A DNA stretch of 62,233 bases, the filler included, from Choristocarpus tenellus KU-1152 (lineage: Eukaryota; Protista; Phaeophyceae), in assembly GCA_964200185.2 (NCBI GenBank). It is 8 parts of 8 records of this genome, joined end to end, with 100 filler letters (N's around TTAATTAATTAA, not from the genome) between each part and the next. Parts side by side here need not be neighbours in the genome. Positions count along the whole stretch, not along the records: positions 1 to 30,038 come from CAXNAD020000093.1; 7 more parts are not named here. The stretch is one strand, 5' to 3'. Shown in pieces: positions 1 to 13,800 of the stretch. Made by a program: the position numbers and the translations under genes. Each line of letters begins with the position of its first letter. Position 1 is the first letter of the stretch. The notes beneath the pieces were generated by a model. That model made no database searches. It had not been told where the DNA came from and worked only from the letters and a program-made list of their open reading frames with translations.

Positions 1-1879
1 TTTGTGATTTCCTCTTCATTCAAGCGAAATCAACATTGGGTCCCTCATGTTACCCCCCCCCCCTATTGCTTCTTTCCCTGAGTGGAGTAGGAAGGATTTG
101 GTATTACCATGTCAATAATTTAATTGAGAGAGGGAGTGGAGATAGAAGAGATTAGAAGGGATATAATGAAAGTAGCTCTGTCTTTCTGAAACTACTATCG
201 AATGACAATAGAGGAAGACAGAACTGGCGACAATTGACTACCCTAATGTCTTGGTTCTACCATTCACTCAATTTCGAATATCTTTCAGAGTATGTGCACC
301 CAGGAGAATGTACTGCTTGCATAACACAACTTTGTTCTAGGGTCCTACAAATGAAAAAATAATTTGAGCTTTTACTGGACAGTGGGTGTTACAGAGCAAA
401 TGGGCTCGCCATTTGCTTAATAACGAACATTATGGACCAAAATGGTCTTGATTGTTACCCTGGACATTACAGAGTAAATGCCCTGTACAATGTCATGGAT
501 AGTAGATGTTACACACTATATGTGGCCGATTCTTCTAGTTTCATGCCAGCTTTGCGTGGTATGAAACTGGAAACCTTTGAATTCATATATGTTGTGATAA
601 TGACTGTCAATGACTTTTCGCTATTGCATGGGACATGATTTGAGGTAGGTGGGAGGGGACACAGGTACAGGGGGATGTTGTAAGCCCCCATGCATATTAA
701 TATAGTTATCTTTCCAGCAAACATTGCACTTTCACAGTTGGTGTTACCACGCCATCTCTATTATTTATTTTCTTGATGTTAATATTTTTTACTGGAATAT
801 GAGTGATTGTTCCCCGTTCACACCTAGCAGGGCTCATGTTGTTGGAGAAATAGAACAAACTAGTCATTGTGGAGTGGTGTGTCATTTTGGGTTGAGAAGT
901 ATTCAGTAGGTTTCATTTTTCGTCATCCTAAACCTTACCACCTTTTCAAATGTCAATCCGATCGATCAGAAATATGCTGTAGGTGGGAACGCTGACTTCA
1001 TCAGATAGCTTGCGATGTTTCCAACTATTGGGAAATGATCCAGATAGTATTGATTGTCATGTTTCTCACTGGAAAGTGGAAAAGTATATAGTGAGCACTG
1101 ATATGCAACAGTTTGTTTCCCATTGGATGCATCTCTAGAGCTTGACAGTACTGAAGATAATAAAACAGTTGAAACATACATTGAAGAGGAGGGGGTCGTT
1201 GGGGCTGGGGTCAGAGTTCCACAACCTAGGTTTTCAACGAGTTGTCAATCGGCCTGCAGTGGATGCAGTTGGAGGATATGTCAACCAATATACATGCTTG
1301 ATGACGGAGGTACTCAGGGATAGACATGAAATTGACATGTTCAAGATACATAGACAACACAGCAGTATTGGGGCTTTGTTGATAATGTATTGAATTGTTT
1401 TATATCATGAGCGAGAGAGAGAGAGAGGGCGCATCTGTTGCTTACTCTTTGGTAAGGGAGACTTGTGTGGAGTTGTCGACCTCTTCTAGGTGTTAGTTTA
1501 GAAATGATTGAAGGCTTCATTAACTACAGCAATGGGATTTGTAGAGGATGAAGAGCATGGCAGGTGGTTCCCAGTTGGGAGACATGAACCTTTGGCTGCT
1601 GGCAACTGCAAGTGTTCCCAGCACTGGGAAAAGTGGTGAATGGGGATGAACCACCAGGTCCTGGGGAGTGGCTTCCTATTGGAGTGCTAACTTGCTGTTA
1701 CATCTACGTAGGATGGTTTTGTAAATCGCCTTGCTGGGGTAGGTATACCTGTCGTTGTACCTACTCCAGGTCATGTCGAATTGGGAAATACCTGAAGGAG
1801 AACGATCAGATCTCGGTATAGTCACTACTATGGCACTTACCCACCCTCACATTTACACTCATGATCCGCTTTCTCTCAG

Positions 1880-4800
1880 ATTTGTGACTCAATGCACCAA
1901 GTATGATGGGGGTGTGGCTGAGGTTCAAGGGTTTGCAATCCCTGCCCCAGAAACTGATCTCCCTGATGGATGGGGCATCGATCGCTTCCCTTGCTCCAGG
2001 GCATCACCCCTTGACTGTTTTCAGGAGGGCAACTTTGACTGTAAGCTTCTGAGTACAGTAATATTAGTAGTGATTCTGTGGGTACTGGGGATTAGGCAGC
2101 AGTGACCCTTCAACCCATCTGTAGAACTTGTATCCCTGACTTAATCACATTCTACCCCAGAGTTGTCAACCCTGAATTCTCTTATTTCCAATCCCTAGTC
2201 CTAGTTTTGTCTCCTACTATATGAGTCCAGTCCTCAACACACTCACAAACCTTTGAAGATGGCTATGGGAGACTACTAAACCCCAACACTGCAGTAGCTG
2301 TAGTGCTATCAATAGGCTTTATTCTTGGTTTCCCCACAATTTCTATCCACAATATTGTATATGGTGTCACATAGATATGAAGGTTTGACTCGACCATCTT
2401 GGATGGGGACCATCATTTGCTGTTTGTCCCCTTACCTACTACTACTGGCTGAAGTTGCAATTTGTTAAAATATAGAATTTTTTTACCAATCTTGAAAAGC
2501 ACGGGGGAGTCCTGCCTTTGTAAAAAATTTAGGTAGCAGAGCCTGAAATGTTGAAAGGAGGTTATACCCTCCCTTCTCCCCTTACTATATCTTGATTGTC
2601 CTAGAGTTTGTGCAAATGACTTGAAGGATGGAGATGTTTTATTAAATGATGACCTCTAGGTCAGGTAATTACTCCTTTTCCTCTCCCCTGACACTGCCCA
2701 TCCCTTCCTTGAGCAGGACTTGTGCAGTGTCCACTATCCAAATCTCCAAACCTTCAATTCCTACTTTTTATTACCTTTTTACCTTGTCTTTATTTATTTT
2801 ACACTCATCCCTCAGAATTCATCTTACTGGGGTCAACTTTTTCCTAGACCTATGCGGTCTTATAGTCATGTAGAACCTTTGCCCCTCACCACGACAGGAT
2901 GGTATTGACCAGATAGATCGAGATATTTGCATTTTTTGCAATATCCGCTAGACATATGACCTCTGAAGACGTCATAGTATTGTGTGTGTGTGCAATATAT
3001 AAGAACCACAGATGTTTTGAAGTATGTCAACTTTGTTTCTCTTAGTAATAGTGTATCATGTAGAGCTATCTGTTGAGATTGAATAAAGACTTGCTTAAGA
3101 ACTATAGGGCAAACAACAGCAGCCAGGACACTGATGAATACAAGATTTAAGTGGCCTTCACTGTTCATCGTTGGAGTGGTGTGCGTTGAAATTGATAATA
3201 TCAACCAAATAAAGACTTAGTGACTCACCCACCATTGTCCCCTCTTATCCATGGCAGACCCCACATCAATGCAGCAAATCGATGAATGGTCCAACTATGT
3301 CTTCTTTAATAATATGACTGGTAAGAGAAAGGGGTGGTAAAGTAAAAAGTATTTTATGTGTAAGCAGGTGTACATGTCATTTCCTCAAAGCAATCACACT
3401 CTTCCCCGATAAATCTCTCATAAGTAATTGACCAATGTTGATGAGGATAACCCTGGCTCACCTAGCCCCCCCCCCACTTACAGCTGTCCCGTTCCATTTT
3501 CCTCTCCAAATCCAGCTGCATTTTCATGTTTTGTGACAAAGACTGTGAACTGTGAGTCCTTGACAGCAGAGCCTTTGCTCTTGTAGCTGTTCATATTGTG
3601 GTTGCTTTTGTCCTTGACTGTCTTGAGCCTACGCCCTGCTATTTTTGTTGTTCTTACTTGTCTAGGGATAGGCAACACTCCAAACATATGTCCAGTCTAA
3701 CTACAGTGTCAAATTCAAAGGGAAAGGAACTAATATGGATTTTTTTTGGGGGGGGGAGTAGACGTTTGGCTACGACTCTCATCTAAAATGTGCAGACTGA
3801 TTTCGTAAACATACTATGTACTTGTTTGCTTTCATTTCCCCACCCCCATCCTACCCCGGTTGTTGCCATACCATATATCTGTGTATGTGCGGGAACTTCA
3901 TGAAGATGCAATGCAGTTGTCCATTACCTTAACCTGTTGTGTGACAAAACCTGTCTGTACATGAAGTGTGTAACTACAACATACTCAAGATTTATGTATG
4001 GATAACATGAGATACTCTGCTATGTTGGAGAGGTGGTAGTCTGCAATCCTGTGATGCTCGACACTATGCATTTTATTTTGCCTCATCTTTACCCTGATAC
4101 ATTTGGCCCTTTAAATGTGCCCATAACAGCGGAGTGTGTATCCACTTTTGGGACCAGATTTGCATCCCTGCTTCAAAACGTTGGCCAGGTGAGTTGGTTG
4201 ATTGATGAATTGTGCTGCACGGAACTTGTTGGATATCAGGGGGTCCCAGGTTTCTTGAATGAGCGCAAAAGATATCGTTTATAGTTGCAGAAATATTTGC
4301 ATCTTTTGTTAGGCAACCATTGTTGACCATCACAAGGAAGATGAGTATTGGCCAGTCAGATCTTTGTGTATCTTGAAGGACTTGCAATAATCATAGCTAC
4401 AAATCCCTCTTCTCTTTCGAGTGGAGAAGTTGTCTTTTGTTTCTTGGAATAATTTGTTATTTGTTTCTAAGATATTTGGATGTACTTTTGTCACGAGTTT
4501 GTGTCACATTGTTCTGTTGCCAGTGGTTCTTCTCCTTTTGCTAACAAGGCGATAGCAATGATGTTCAATAGTCATACATTTTTTTCCTCTGTAGAAACGA
4601 GGGTCCTCTATGGTGCCAAGTCTAACAAACCCGTGCTTGCTCTTGGTGTGTGCTTCTACCTGATACTCATGTAGCTTTGCATTCATACACATGCATATTT
4701 ATTTCAACACCCTCCACGATACCCTTTCCACAAAGTTAAGCCTCTGTGCTGCTACAGCCATGCACTACAACATACCAAAGATGCATGGAGCAAAGTCCTT

Positions 4801-7800
4801 TACAAATAACATATTTTTCAGTGAAGATGCGACTAGAATCGCAGGTTATCTTGGTCAGGAGGCATGCCAAATGGACGCACATTGGTCGACACAACTTTTG
4901 TACCTGTCACTGGCCATGCATATTGCCAAAGTTGGAGAATTGGTAGTTCAAACAAGGCTCCAGGCTATGGCTACAAGGAGATATGATTGTGGGACACTTG
5001 ATCCATGGTCGTTTAATGGTGCTTTCTTTGCTTTGGGAGAAGGAATGAGGCGTAGAATCCTCTCTATCTCTCTGATTCAACAATGCCCGCTTATCAAAGC
5101 GACCAAAAAGCGATTGTGTTGAATGTTGTCTCCTTCTTTTGACCATCATTGTTTGCACTCTGTTCTATGTGCCCACCCCTTACCTTTGTGGACCGGTGCT
5201 CTCCTCTGCTTTGAAGCCTGTTGAAGTTGCAACAGCAACAGGGATTGCGGTGGCAGATTCTCTCCAGCAGACGGTTTCTGCCTTTTGGCTCTGGGGGTGA
5301 GAGAAGAAATAGTAGAAAAAAGAGGTTGAAAACGGCAGTGGACAGGTGCCTGTGCAATATTACTGCTTGCAGAGGGAAATTGTCTTTATTTCGATCTCTA
5401 TTTGAAGTATGCTGTATGTTTGAGTGCCTAGAGATGACCTTGGTGGTACTAGTTCATTACAGAGGGGCGAACCCATTCTGGAGAGGAGACTGTAAACTAA
5501 ATCAAAGAGAAAGTTGTTTTGTTGTCTCCAGGGTAAAACTACAACTCTTCTTACATGCACAGGCAAGGTTTTTTTCTGATTGGTGTTACAGAAGGACCTG
5601 ATAAGGTTGGGATATAAGTTTGTTGAGTGCTAGATGCGTATGGCATGGGAATTGATAGGTGAACCCCTTTGCCATTCTTATGTTGGAACTGCGTGTGTAA
5701 CACATGCTGCTCATACTGTGTTCCTGTCCAAGTGCTCCTTAACAGGTACAGTCTCCCAATTCTTCGTTGGATTTTCGAAGTATTCCTACTGTCTGGTAAT
5801 TTGTGTCTTTTTTGGATCGTTCTGGACTCTGACCTTGCCGGGGGCCGTGGGGATGAGGAACAGACTAAAGCCAGTTGCTGTTTCTGAAGCATAATATCTT
5901 AGAGGGTAACCTGTTCTTAGATTAGGATCCCTGGTATGTCGAAGAAAGACTGAAGCGAGACACTTTTGTGATTCTCCAAACAATATTATCTTCTCCTTCC
6001 TTGGCACCTTCTCTTATCCTGAAGCATGAATTCAGTGGAATAAGAGGATGATACACAGCATGTCAGTTATGTACATTGATCAGCCTAAAACAAAGTAAAT
6101 GCTGAAATTTTAACCCCTCTAAGATAGAACACCTGTGTCAAATGTGGTGATCCTACTGTGAAAGCAGTGATTTATACCAACATCCTATTGAATCTGAGAT
6201 GGGTCATGCTCAGAGTTAGTTCTTAACTCTTTTTAATGCTCTCCCCATTTATCGTCCCCCTGTCCACATCCACCAGCCCTGCTCTCTACTACCTCCCCAG
6301 TCCAAACTGATCCACTGTTCCCTACTGCCTGACCTCTCCATAGGTATCAATGGAGGAAGTCCTACAAGTCCATGACCGATGCGGAGATACTGGCCCACCT
6401 GGAGGAAGCGCTGCTCTTTGCTAAATCTGATGAGGCAGACGCTACTACATGTGCCGGTCAGAGTTGTTCCGTACCATTTTTCATCTGTACAGAAGTATCA
6501 TCAGCTGATAATCAAAGAGCTATGATGATTGTCAGAACTTGCTTGTGCCTTATACTTTTGCTTGTCTGTTGTTCAGCATTAGGTACAATAGATCCGCATA
6601 TTCCAGAGTGTTTTGTATGAACTTTCCCATGTAAGGTAAGTTATGTGCGTATTAATAGCTGTGGAACGAGCGATTTTTCTCCATCACGGGAATTTCCTCG
6701 AGATGCACTCAACAGCAGAGATCTTGTTCCTGGTGCTTATTTTTGGTTGACCTCCTTCTTTGACATGGTTGTTTATTTTCACATGTGATTCTAATATCGT
6801 ACTGGCAATTGCAACATTTACTGAAGGATGACCTGTGTTAGCGTGTTTCATGCGAGAAAAACCATGGGTCAGAGATTCTATGTATTGTCCACCCTGCAGA
6901 CTCACATTATGTGCACCTAGTGACATATTTACTATTGTTCTATATAGTAGAATACTTGTAATTCAAAGTTCATATTTGAAAGGATGATGCAGCCAAGTCA
7001 AGTACTGAGTAATCACACAACCCTTCTCTGTGTTGAAGAGAAAGAGATTGATTCATCATGAAGGCTTAATATCTAATGATGGTTGAATTTTGTTGCTTCA
7101 CCTTCATGCTTTAGGAACAAGTGGTGCATGTTGTGTGAGCTGGGCAGGAACAAAACTGGAGACTGATATACTTTTTGCAGGCATTGAAAGTGGTACAGAT
7201 GGAGCTGGCCTGAAATCTATACAGGTTTGGGTGCTTGAGCTGTGTGGTTGGAAAGATATCCGACCTTTGGACAGTTTTATGATTTATGTGTGTCTGGTGT
7301 TCCACGCCTTGGAAAAGAAGCCTCCAAACAGTTGCTATCATTGTAGGGAGTTAGGAGTAATCTGTGGCGGCATGCATTGAAATAGACCAATTCAAGTTTT
7401 ACGACTGTTGCAAAGATTACTTGTTGCTGGGACTGCATGACCCTTTTTCATTCACACGCTGATGGTATAGGAAATATGCTAAGAGTGTTTCTTTCTGTCA
7501 GCTGTCTCTCTGACTATTGCATGGGTCCATGGCCCAACTTCGTACAACATTTCATTTGCTGGTGTATATACTGACTTGTATCATGTGTATCATAATTATT
7601 TTGTACGCCTGAGCAGTGACCAACCCATCCGAGACCTACCGTGTTTGTTGTGGAAAAGATCACAGGGACAAAAGTAGTAGATACGTTTTTGTTATCTTAT
7701 CAATTTGTGCGTTGCGTCCCATGCCATCCATTCGACATATATTTCAAAGCATTAATGGCATCATCTTGGTGCTGACTGATACATAAAACGACGCACTCAA

Positions 7801-10800
7801 TGCTTGCCTGCTGAAGTTCAAGTGTGGTAGATGTTGATCAGATTGTGGACGGTTTCAGTGAGCTGGGAAAGTTCGTCGCCAAAGTAGACATAATTTGCGC
7901 ATGCAGTGAAGTGAGTACTTCAGTGTATTCCTCATTTCTGAACATCATTTCTGAACATCAGCCTCGCTGCCTTTCGAGCCATGCTGCTATTGATGATCGT
8001 TTGACCTATGGCAACATTTGGTTTATGATGAACCTCATGCTTTTTGGTTGGGGGGTAGAGTTGACGACAGTATGGCAGGACCCTATTGGCAATAGCTCCT
8101 AGCGGTGAGCAATATACTTGTTTTTTTATATTGGTGATTCTTCCAGGGCGTGAGCCACCATGTTACATCCTACTAGGCTGGCAACTTGCAATAGATAATA
8201 TTTGGCAGCATAATAGTTTGAAATAGGTATTTTATAAAGAGGATGAAAGGATATAATCTTGACCCACAAGAGGATGTAAGTTGGACCCCTGAATGGTGTG
8301 CTCTGCTGATTTTGCTTATACATCAAAGAATATTGCTGAATAAGTGTTGGGATGTCAGTGATCTGTGTGATGGTATATTGCTGGTGTTCTAAGTTATTCC
8401 GCTATGTTATCATTTGTTTCTGTCACAGCCTCAAGTCTATTTTTTTCCTGACACACAACAGCAGGTTATTATGGTTACCTGCCCTACCCTTCTCACCAAC
8501 TCACCCTGTCATGTATCACATCCCTCAAAAGTATTGAACCTTTTGATGAAAGTCCCTCTGCCCTCAAACATCTCATGACGCCCCAAATATATGATCTCAC
8601 TTACTACCTAGGTTATACCTGTGAGAGATGGCTAAATTCCTGTGCAAATAACTTATCCGCCCTCTAACCTTTATATTTCACATATGTTACTGTTTCCTTG
8701 AAGAATCTCATCTACTTCCTCGTACCTTTCCTTGAGTTCTTATCATTCTGTTCCTCCTTTCTGCACCCAATCTTGCTTTGTTGCTGGGCACTGTTCTTGG
8801 TATCAATACAGCACATGATGACAACATCTACAAACTACCCAATTAATCACCCTGCATGGATTACACAAATGGAGACCCTTCTGGTTTCTGATGAGGAAGG
8901 ACGTGAGGAAGTTGCCAGGTGAGTAAGGGTTGTGAGACATCGAATGCCTCTCCCTTGTCAACCCAGTTGATTCTCTAGGGCGCTATTTCTTCTACCCCAC
9001 CACGATGCATCCATTTTGCCATTCTGTAATCTGCATACCAACTGTAATGAAGTAAGAGCCATGCCTACTTTGGTTTGGTTGAGAATTTGTACTTTTCGGG
9101 AATGGAGGGTTTACCATTGTGATGTCCCCGTGTTAAAGCATACCCAATCCTTCTACAACCCCATCCCACTTCCATACTTCCATATTGATTCTCTGTACTT
9201 TCTTGATACTTCCAACTGTGACTAGTGACATTCGTACCCTCAACAACCAAAGAGAGGTCGTACCTAGGTGAATCCAACTCCTCACTAATGCTTGCCCTTC
9301 GACAAATTCACACTGTAGGGGCTGGGAATCTGCATACCTTGCCCATCAGGAACCCAGGTTTAACCGTGATGAGGGCACACCATATGCAAGTGGAGGGATT
9401 TATGGAGACATTGACATTGATTACTTTGCAGAACGCAGCGGCAACGACATCATTGAAAGGGGAAACAGTGTAAGGATCTGGTGGGATAGGCGGGTTGTTG
9501 TTTTTTGAAGGTCAGGGTTGGGGTGGTTAGAGGCCCTCAGGGAGATTGGGGAGTGAGAGGAAACAGTGGGGATGACTAAGGAGTTGTGTACTTTGATGTA
9601 TGATCCGCTGTTGGAGTTCTAAATCCAGAAGATTGAGCAACTTCGGTGATGGAGTTTTGTTTCAAGAGGATTCAGCATACTGCAGTAATTTCTCTCCAGG
9701 TGGCATGCATTAGTACCTTCTACAATCCCACTGCTGATCTTTTCTTAGTTCCCATCTCAGCTGTACCCCATATCAAATCTCAAATCCTTGAAACAGGTAT
9801 CCCACTCTGGCATGCACCTACTACACTAACCGTTTCTTCTTCTATCAATCACCGCCCTCCTCATGAAATACAGCCAGAAGGAGCGTTGATTTGGATTGCC
9901 TATGTTGTGATGGTTGTCTTTGCTGGTTTGTCCATGGGGTCTTGGGGGGTTAATTATCCAACATCAAGGCTGCTCTACTCAAGAGTTTTGCTGACCATAG
10001 GGGGGGTGACCATAATTGCCCTGTCCACTCTGGCTGCTCTAGGCTTTGTCAGCGCTGTGGGGCTCTCTCTGACACCCCTCACGGTGAGTCACCCGCTCTC
10101 TTACATATTTGTATGTTTTGTTGGTCCTTCACTTTCGATTTGTAGAAGCTGCCTATCTATTTTTCATAGCCCAGCTTGTTGAGCATCACATTTCAACACT
10201 TGGTTACTTCAACGGGTAGTTTGAGGTGCCTCAGGCAAGCAAAGTGGGTGAGAGATTGCAATCAATATTTTCGAGTGGTGGGTGTTCATGAGATGTGACT
10301 TGTTGACCAAAATTCTACTTCGAAGTATATTTCTTTAGGAAAGGGTACCCTGATTTGCTGATGCTAACTTGGGTCGCATTCTGAACAGGAGCTCACCTGG
10401 CTGCATCCTTCAATAGCTACCAGAACTGGAATGCATACAGTTCCAAAACCTACTGTTGTTGGAGGTTTTCAATAGTTTTCTTGTTATCAACTACAAATTC
10501 TTTTTATTGGCCCATCCCAACAAGTTTGGGCGTTATTTTGTACACCCCTCAACAATGTCAAGGTTCTCTTGGGCCATAATTAATGAAGCACTGTTCATTG
10601 AGAGACTTATGGAGATGTTTCACCTTGTAGCACACAATCAGCTTGTGGTGTTAGGAGTCTGAACAGAAGTCTTGTGACAGGCCTCCTGGCTGGCTGACCG
10701 TGTCCTGGGCTATTTGCTTTCCTCTCATGTGTGCCCCGTGCAATTTTTAATCAAGTTGCACACCCATCATGTACAAGGTCTACGTTTTAAACGAATAACT

Positions 10801-13800
10801 GTTTGTCTTATTCAGTTTCCTTTGGGATAACTGGATATAAAAGCTGTTCTATTCCATTATCCTTGCATGTCAATTTGAGGCTTTTGCTCCACGACATTTC
10901 ATTGACACATGATATAGATAACCAAAACAATGAATGGTGGCAGTCTGTATTTCAGTGCTAAATATATGTGAAGCATTGACGATTTCATACCATTTAGAGT
11001 GCTTTTCAGCAAAAATCATGTGGAGGGGGGAGGGTAGGTGGCTTCCTGTAAAAGGTATTTTTGAAATGCTTTGTAGTAGTCTTTTTCTGGTCTCCCTTAT
11101 GTCATCACTACATAGTAAAAAGATTAGGATATTGTTGCTTCCTCTTCTTGGTTATGTGATAACTGACTAATTCCATTCAATGTACACAAACTTGATTGGA
11201 TTGACTGGTTAATTCTCTCTAACGAATTGATCAGTTCTTGGACACAAACGACTGTTCATGTGTGCACTTGCATTCTTGCTTGTTTTTTCTATTTTGACTC
11301 ATTAGGTGAATGTTGTTCCATTTCTCTCCCTCGGAATCGGCATTGACGACATGCTCATTCTGGTCTACAGCCTGGTGAGTTGGAGGCAGAAGTGTTCATT
11401 CCTTATCTGTGTGTTTCCTCTGTGATTTCCAAAGAGGTTGCCCTTAGAAATAGTTTTGCAGTGAGTTTGTACCCATAACTGGAGTACTGAGAGTGCATAG
11501 GTGCACATGGCATCTACTAGGATGTATTCGACACTGGGAGTGCACTACAAATTCTTGACTTGTGCAAGAGATTGTAATAGTAAGGGAGATGGAGATATAT
11601 CCCTCGATTTCTTCTGAATGAGTTTGGAATGTCTGTTTGATGCTCTGTCTTGGAATACAATGTAGTTCTACGCCATTCTTTGTGATGTTTTATTGGATGC
11701 TGGGAGATACTCGTGCTTTTACCATTGGGTTTTCTTTTCTGTTAAGGTGTACAAAGTCCTCAAATTAGGGCAACCATCTGTAGGAGCTCTGATTGGCGTA
11801 GTTCAATGCCCTGTACAGTAGAGAATATATCCGAACCCTCAAGTGGAAGGATGCAAGGTGAATTGCTGAAGTTGTCTTTTCATAACTCCTCCGTTGGTAT
11901 GATACAATATCTGGAAGTAAGGGTAGGGGAGCACTTCTGTGGTGCATCAAAGGGCAACAAATGGGGTACCGGAACAGTCTTTTGCACAATGCCTGTCCTC
12001 ACTTTTTGGGGTGATAGGAGATGCCCAGCAATATAGGCAAGGCCTCCCATGTGTGAATTTGTTCTCCGTAACAGTATGGTGGGTTAAGGAAACTCAAATT
12101 CGGAGCAAACGCCCACCCTTGCTTTTTTTGGTATCTAACAACGTGATCAGGGTGTCGGTGCCATAGATGCAAGGTCATCCAACAAAAATTGACCAAATAT
12201 TGAACGATCTTCTTGCTCAGGGATGCATGAATTGACGAAAGTATCTCCAAGCATACATCAACAAATGCCTGGCATTACCAAGTCTGCCCTCCCTCTTATA
12301 CAGCAACCCACACATTCCTCCAGTCCTTTTTGTAACCTTGTACACTGAGGTTCCTCCTCAATATGTGAAACCTTGTTTCCCACCCTGTATCTCTCATGCT
12401 CCCCCCTCTTTATACACCTATCTCTCCACACGTCCCTTTCCAAGGTGCATTCGAAAGACTCTCAGAAAACCCCAACTACCCGTATGGAGTTGGCACTGGC
12501 ACACTCTGGACCTTCAGTGGTACTCACTTCCCTGGCCAATGGTGGCTGTTTCTTTGTGGCCGCTGTGGTAAGGGCTCTAACGGAAGTGTGGTATCCCAAG
12601 CAAGAATTTGTTTCTAACTACAGCTTTCCCCTATATGTCCATATTCCCTCCCTTTTTATTGTGGTGTTACCCTCTTTAAACTGTTGTATTTCCCGGTTAC
12701 GAATTATCCGTTACTCCAGGTACCCATCGACACTGTTCAATTCTTCGCGATACACATGGGCGTGCAGATGATCTTCCATGTGGTTGCCCTGCACCTCATG
12801 TTCATGCCCATGATGTAAGGAGTGATAAGAGAAGGGAAGGAGGGCGGGAAAAGCACCTGAAGAAATATTTCCCTTGCATGTTCTGTTGATGCCGTAGTGT
12901 TTTTTTCCGAAGAGTCAATGGTAAGAAGATCATGAACGCACAAGATGTACACATTTCTTGCTTTCAATCTTCCCCTCCCACTGTTGTCAAACTGCCCCAT
13001 TGACCAGAATACTAACTGGTGCATCTAACCAACAACGACCTACACATGATATTTTTGGGGCAGGTATTGGGACTCTCTTCGTATTTTTGCCTACCGAGCA
13101 GATGTAATCCCTGTCAAGTTAGACTCTGCCAAGGTTGTTTCTGAGAGTCAATTTGAGAGCAGAAATGGGACAGCAAAGGTATGCCGTAAAAGGAGAGGTT
13201 GTGAGTTGAAGTCTTTTTGTGAAGGAGGGTCTAGGAACAACAGTTGACTTGATTGGAGGTGCAGCACCTAGAGTACAAGAGAAGGGAGTCTAATTTCTGT
13301 CACCTAATCCACCTCCTATTGTTGTTTCATGTGGATACGGAATTGGGAACTTGTTTTAGTTCTACTTTAGAGCTCTACACTAATACGTTCAAGTTCTACT
13401 GTTTGTCAAGGGAACTTCAAAAGTTATGTGCTGAAAAAAATACTGTATCCAACCTCTGACATGTGTGGGTTTAGAGGCAAGACATCTGCTTTGTCCTCTC
13501 AGGCGTGCTAGATGTGTACAGCTCACTGTATGCAGAGAATGTGGGCAATTCCAATACAATTTGAAGCATTAGGGTGCCTTTTCCGCCCCCGTACCCCATC
13601 CCTAACAGCAGGAGGAGCATGGTCAGATGTTCCAGAATGTCACCCTCATGAACCCTGGCATCTAGATGCTATCACTATCTACATCTTTCATCATCCCCAT
13701 TTTTGTGGTCCTGTTTTCAGTTCTATTGCTTCTGGCATCATTATGCCATATTGAATCGTTTGGCATATATTGTTGCCTTGAGAAGCCTTCATTGGGTAGT

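Noticed and set aside
1770-1815. Candidate upstream Patched exon VMSNWEIPEGERSDL
   Set aside because: It would end in phase 1 (or phase 0 in the alternative frame), whereas the exon at 1880 needs phase 2. In-frame read-through from 1770 is possible but unsupported, so the 5' end is left unresolved.
7730-7910. Exon-like stretch VVDVDQIVDGFSELGK with a GTGAGT donor inside a Patched intron
   Set aside because: Not needed for the Patched frame (7224 joins 8812 in phase), and its resemblance to a hAT C-terminal remnant is too weak to support.
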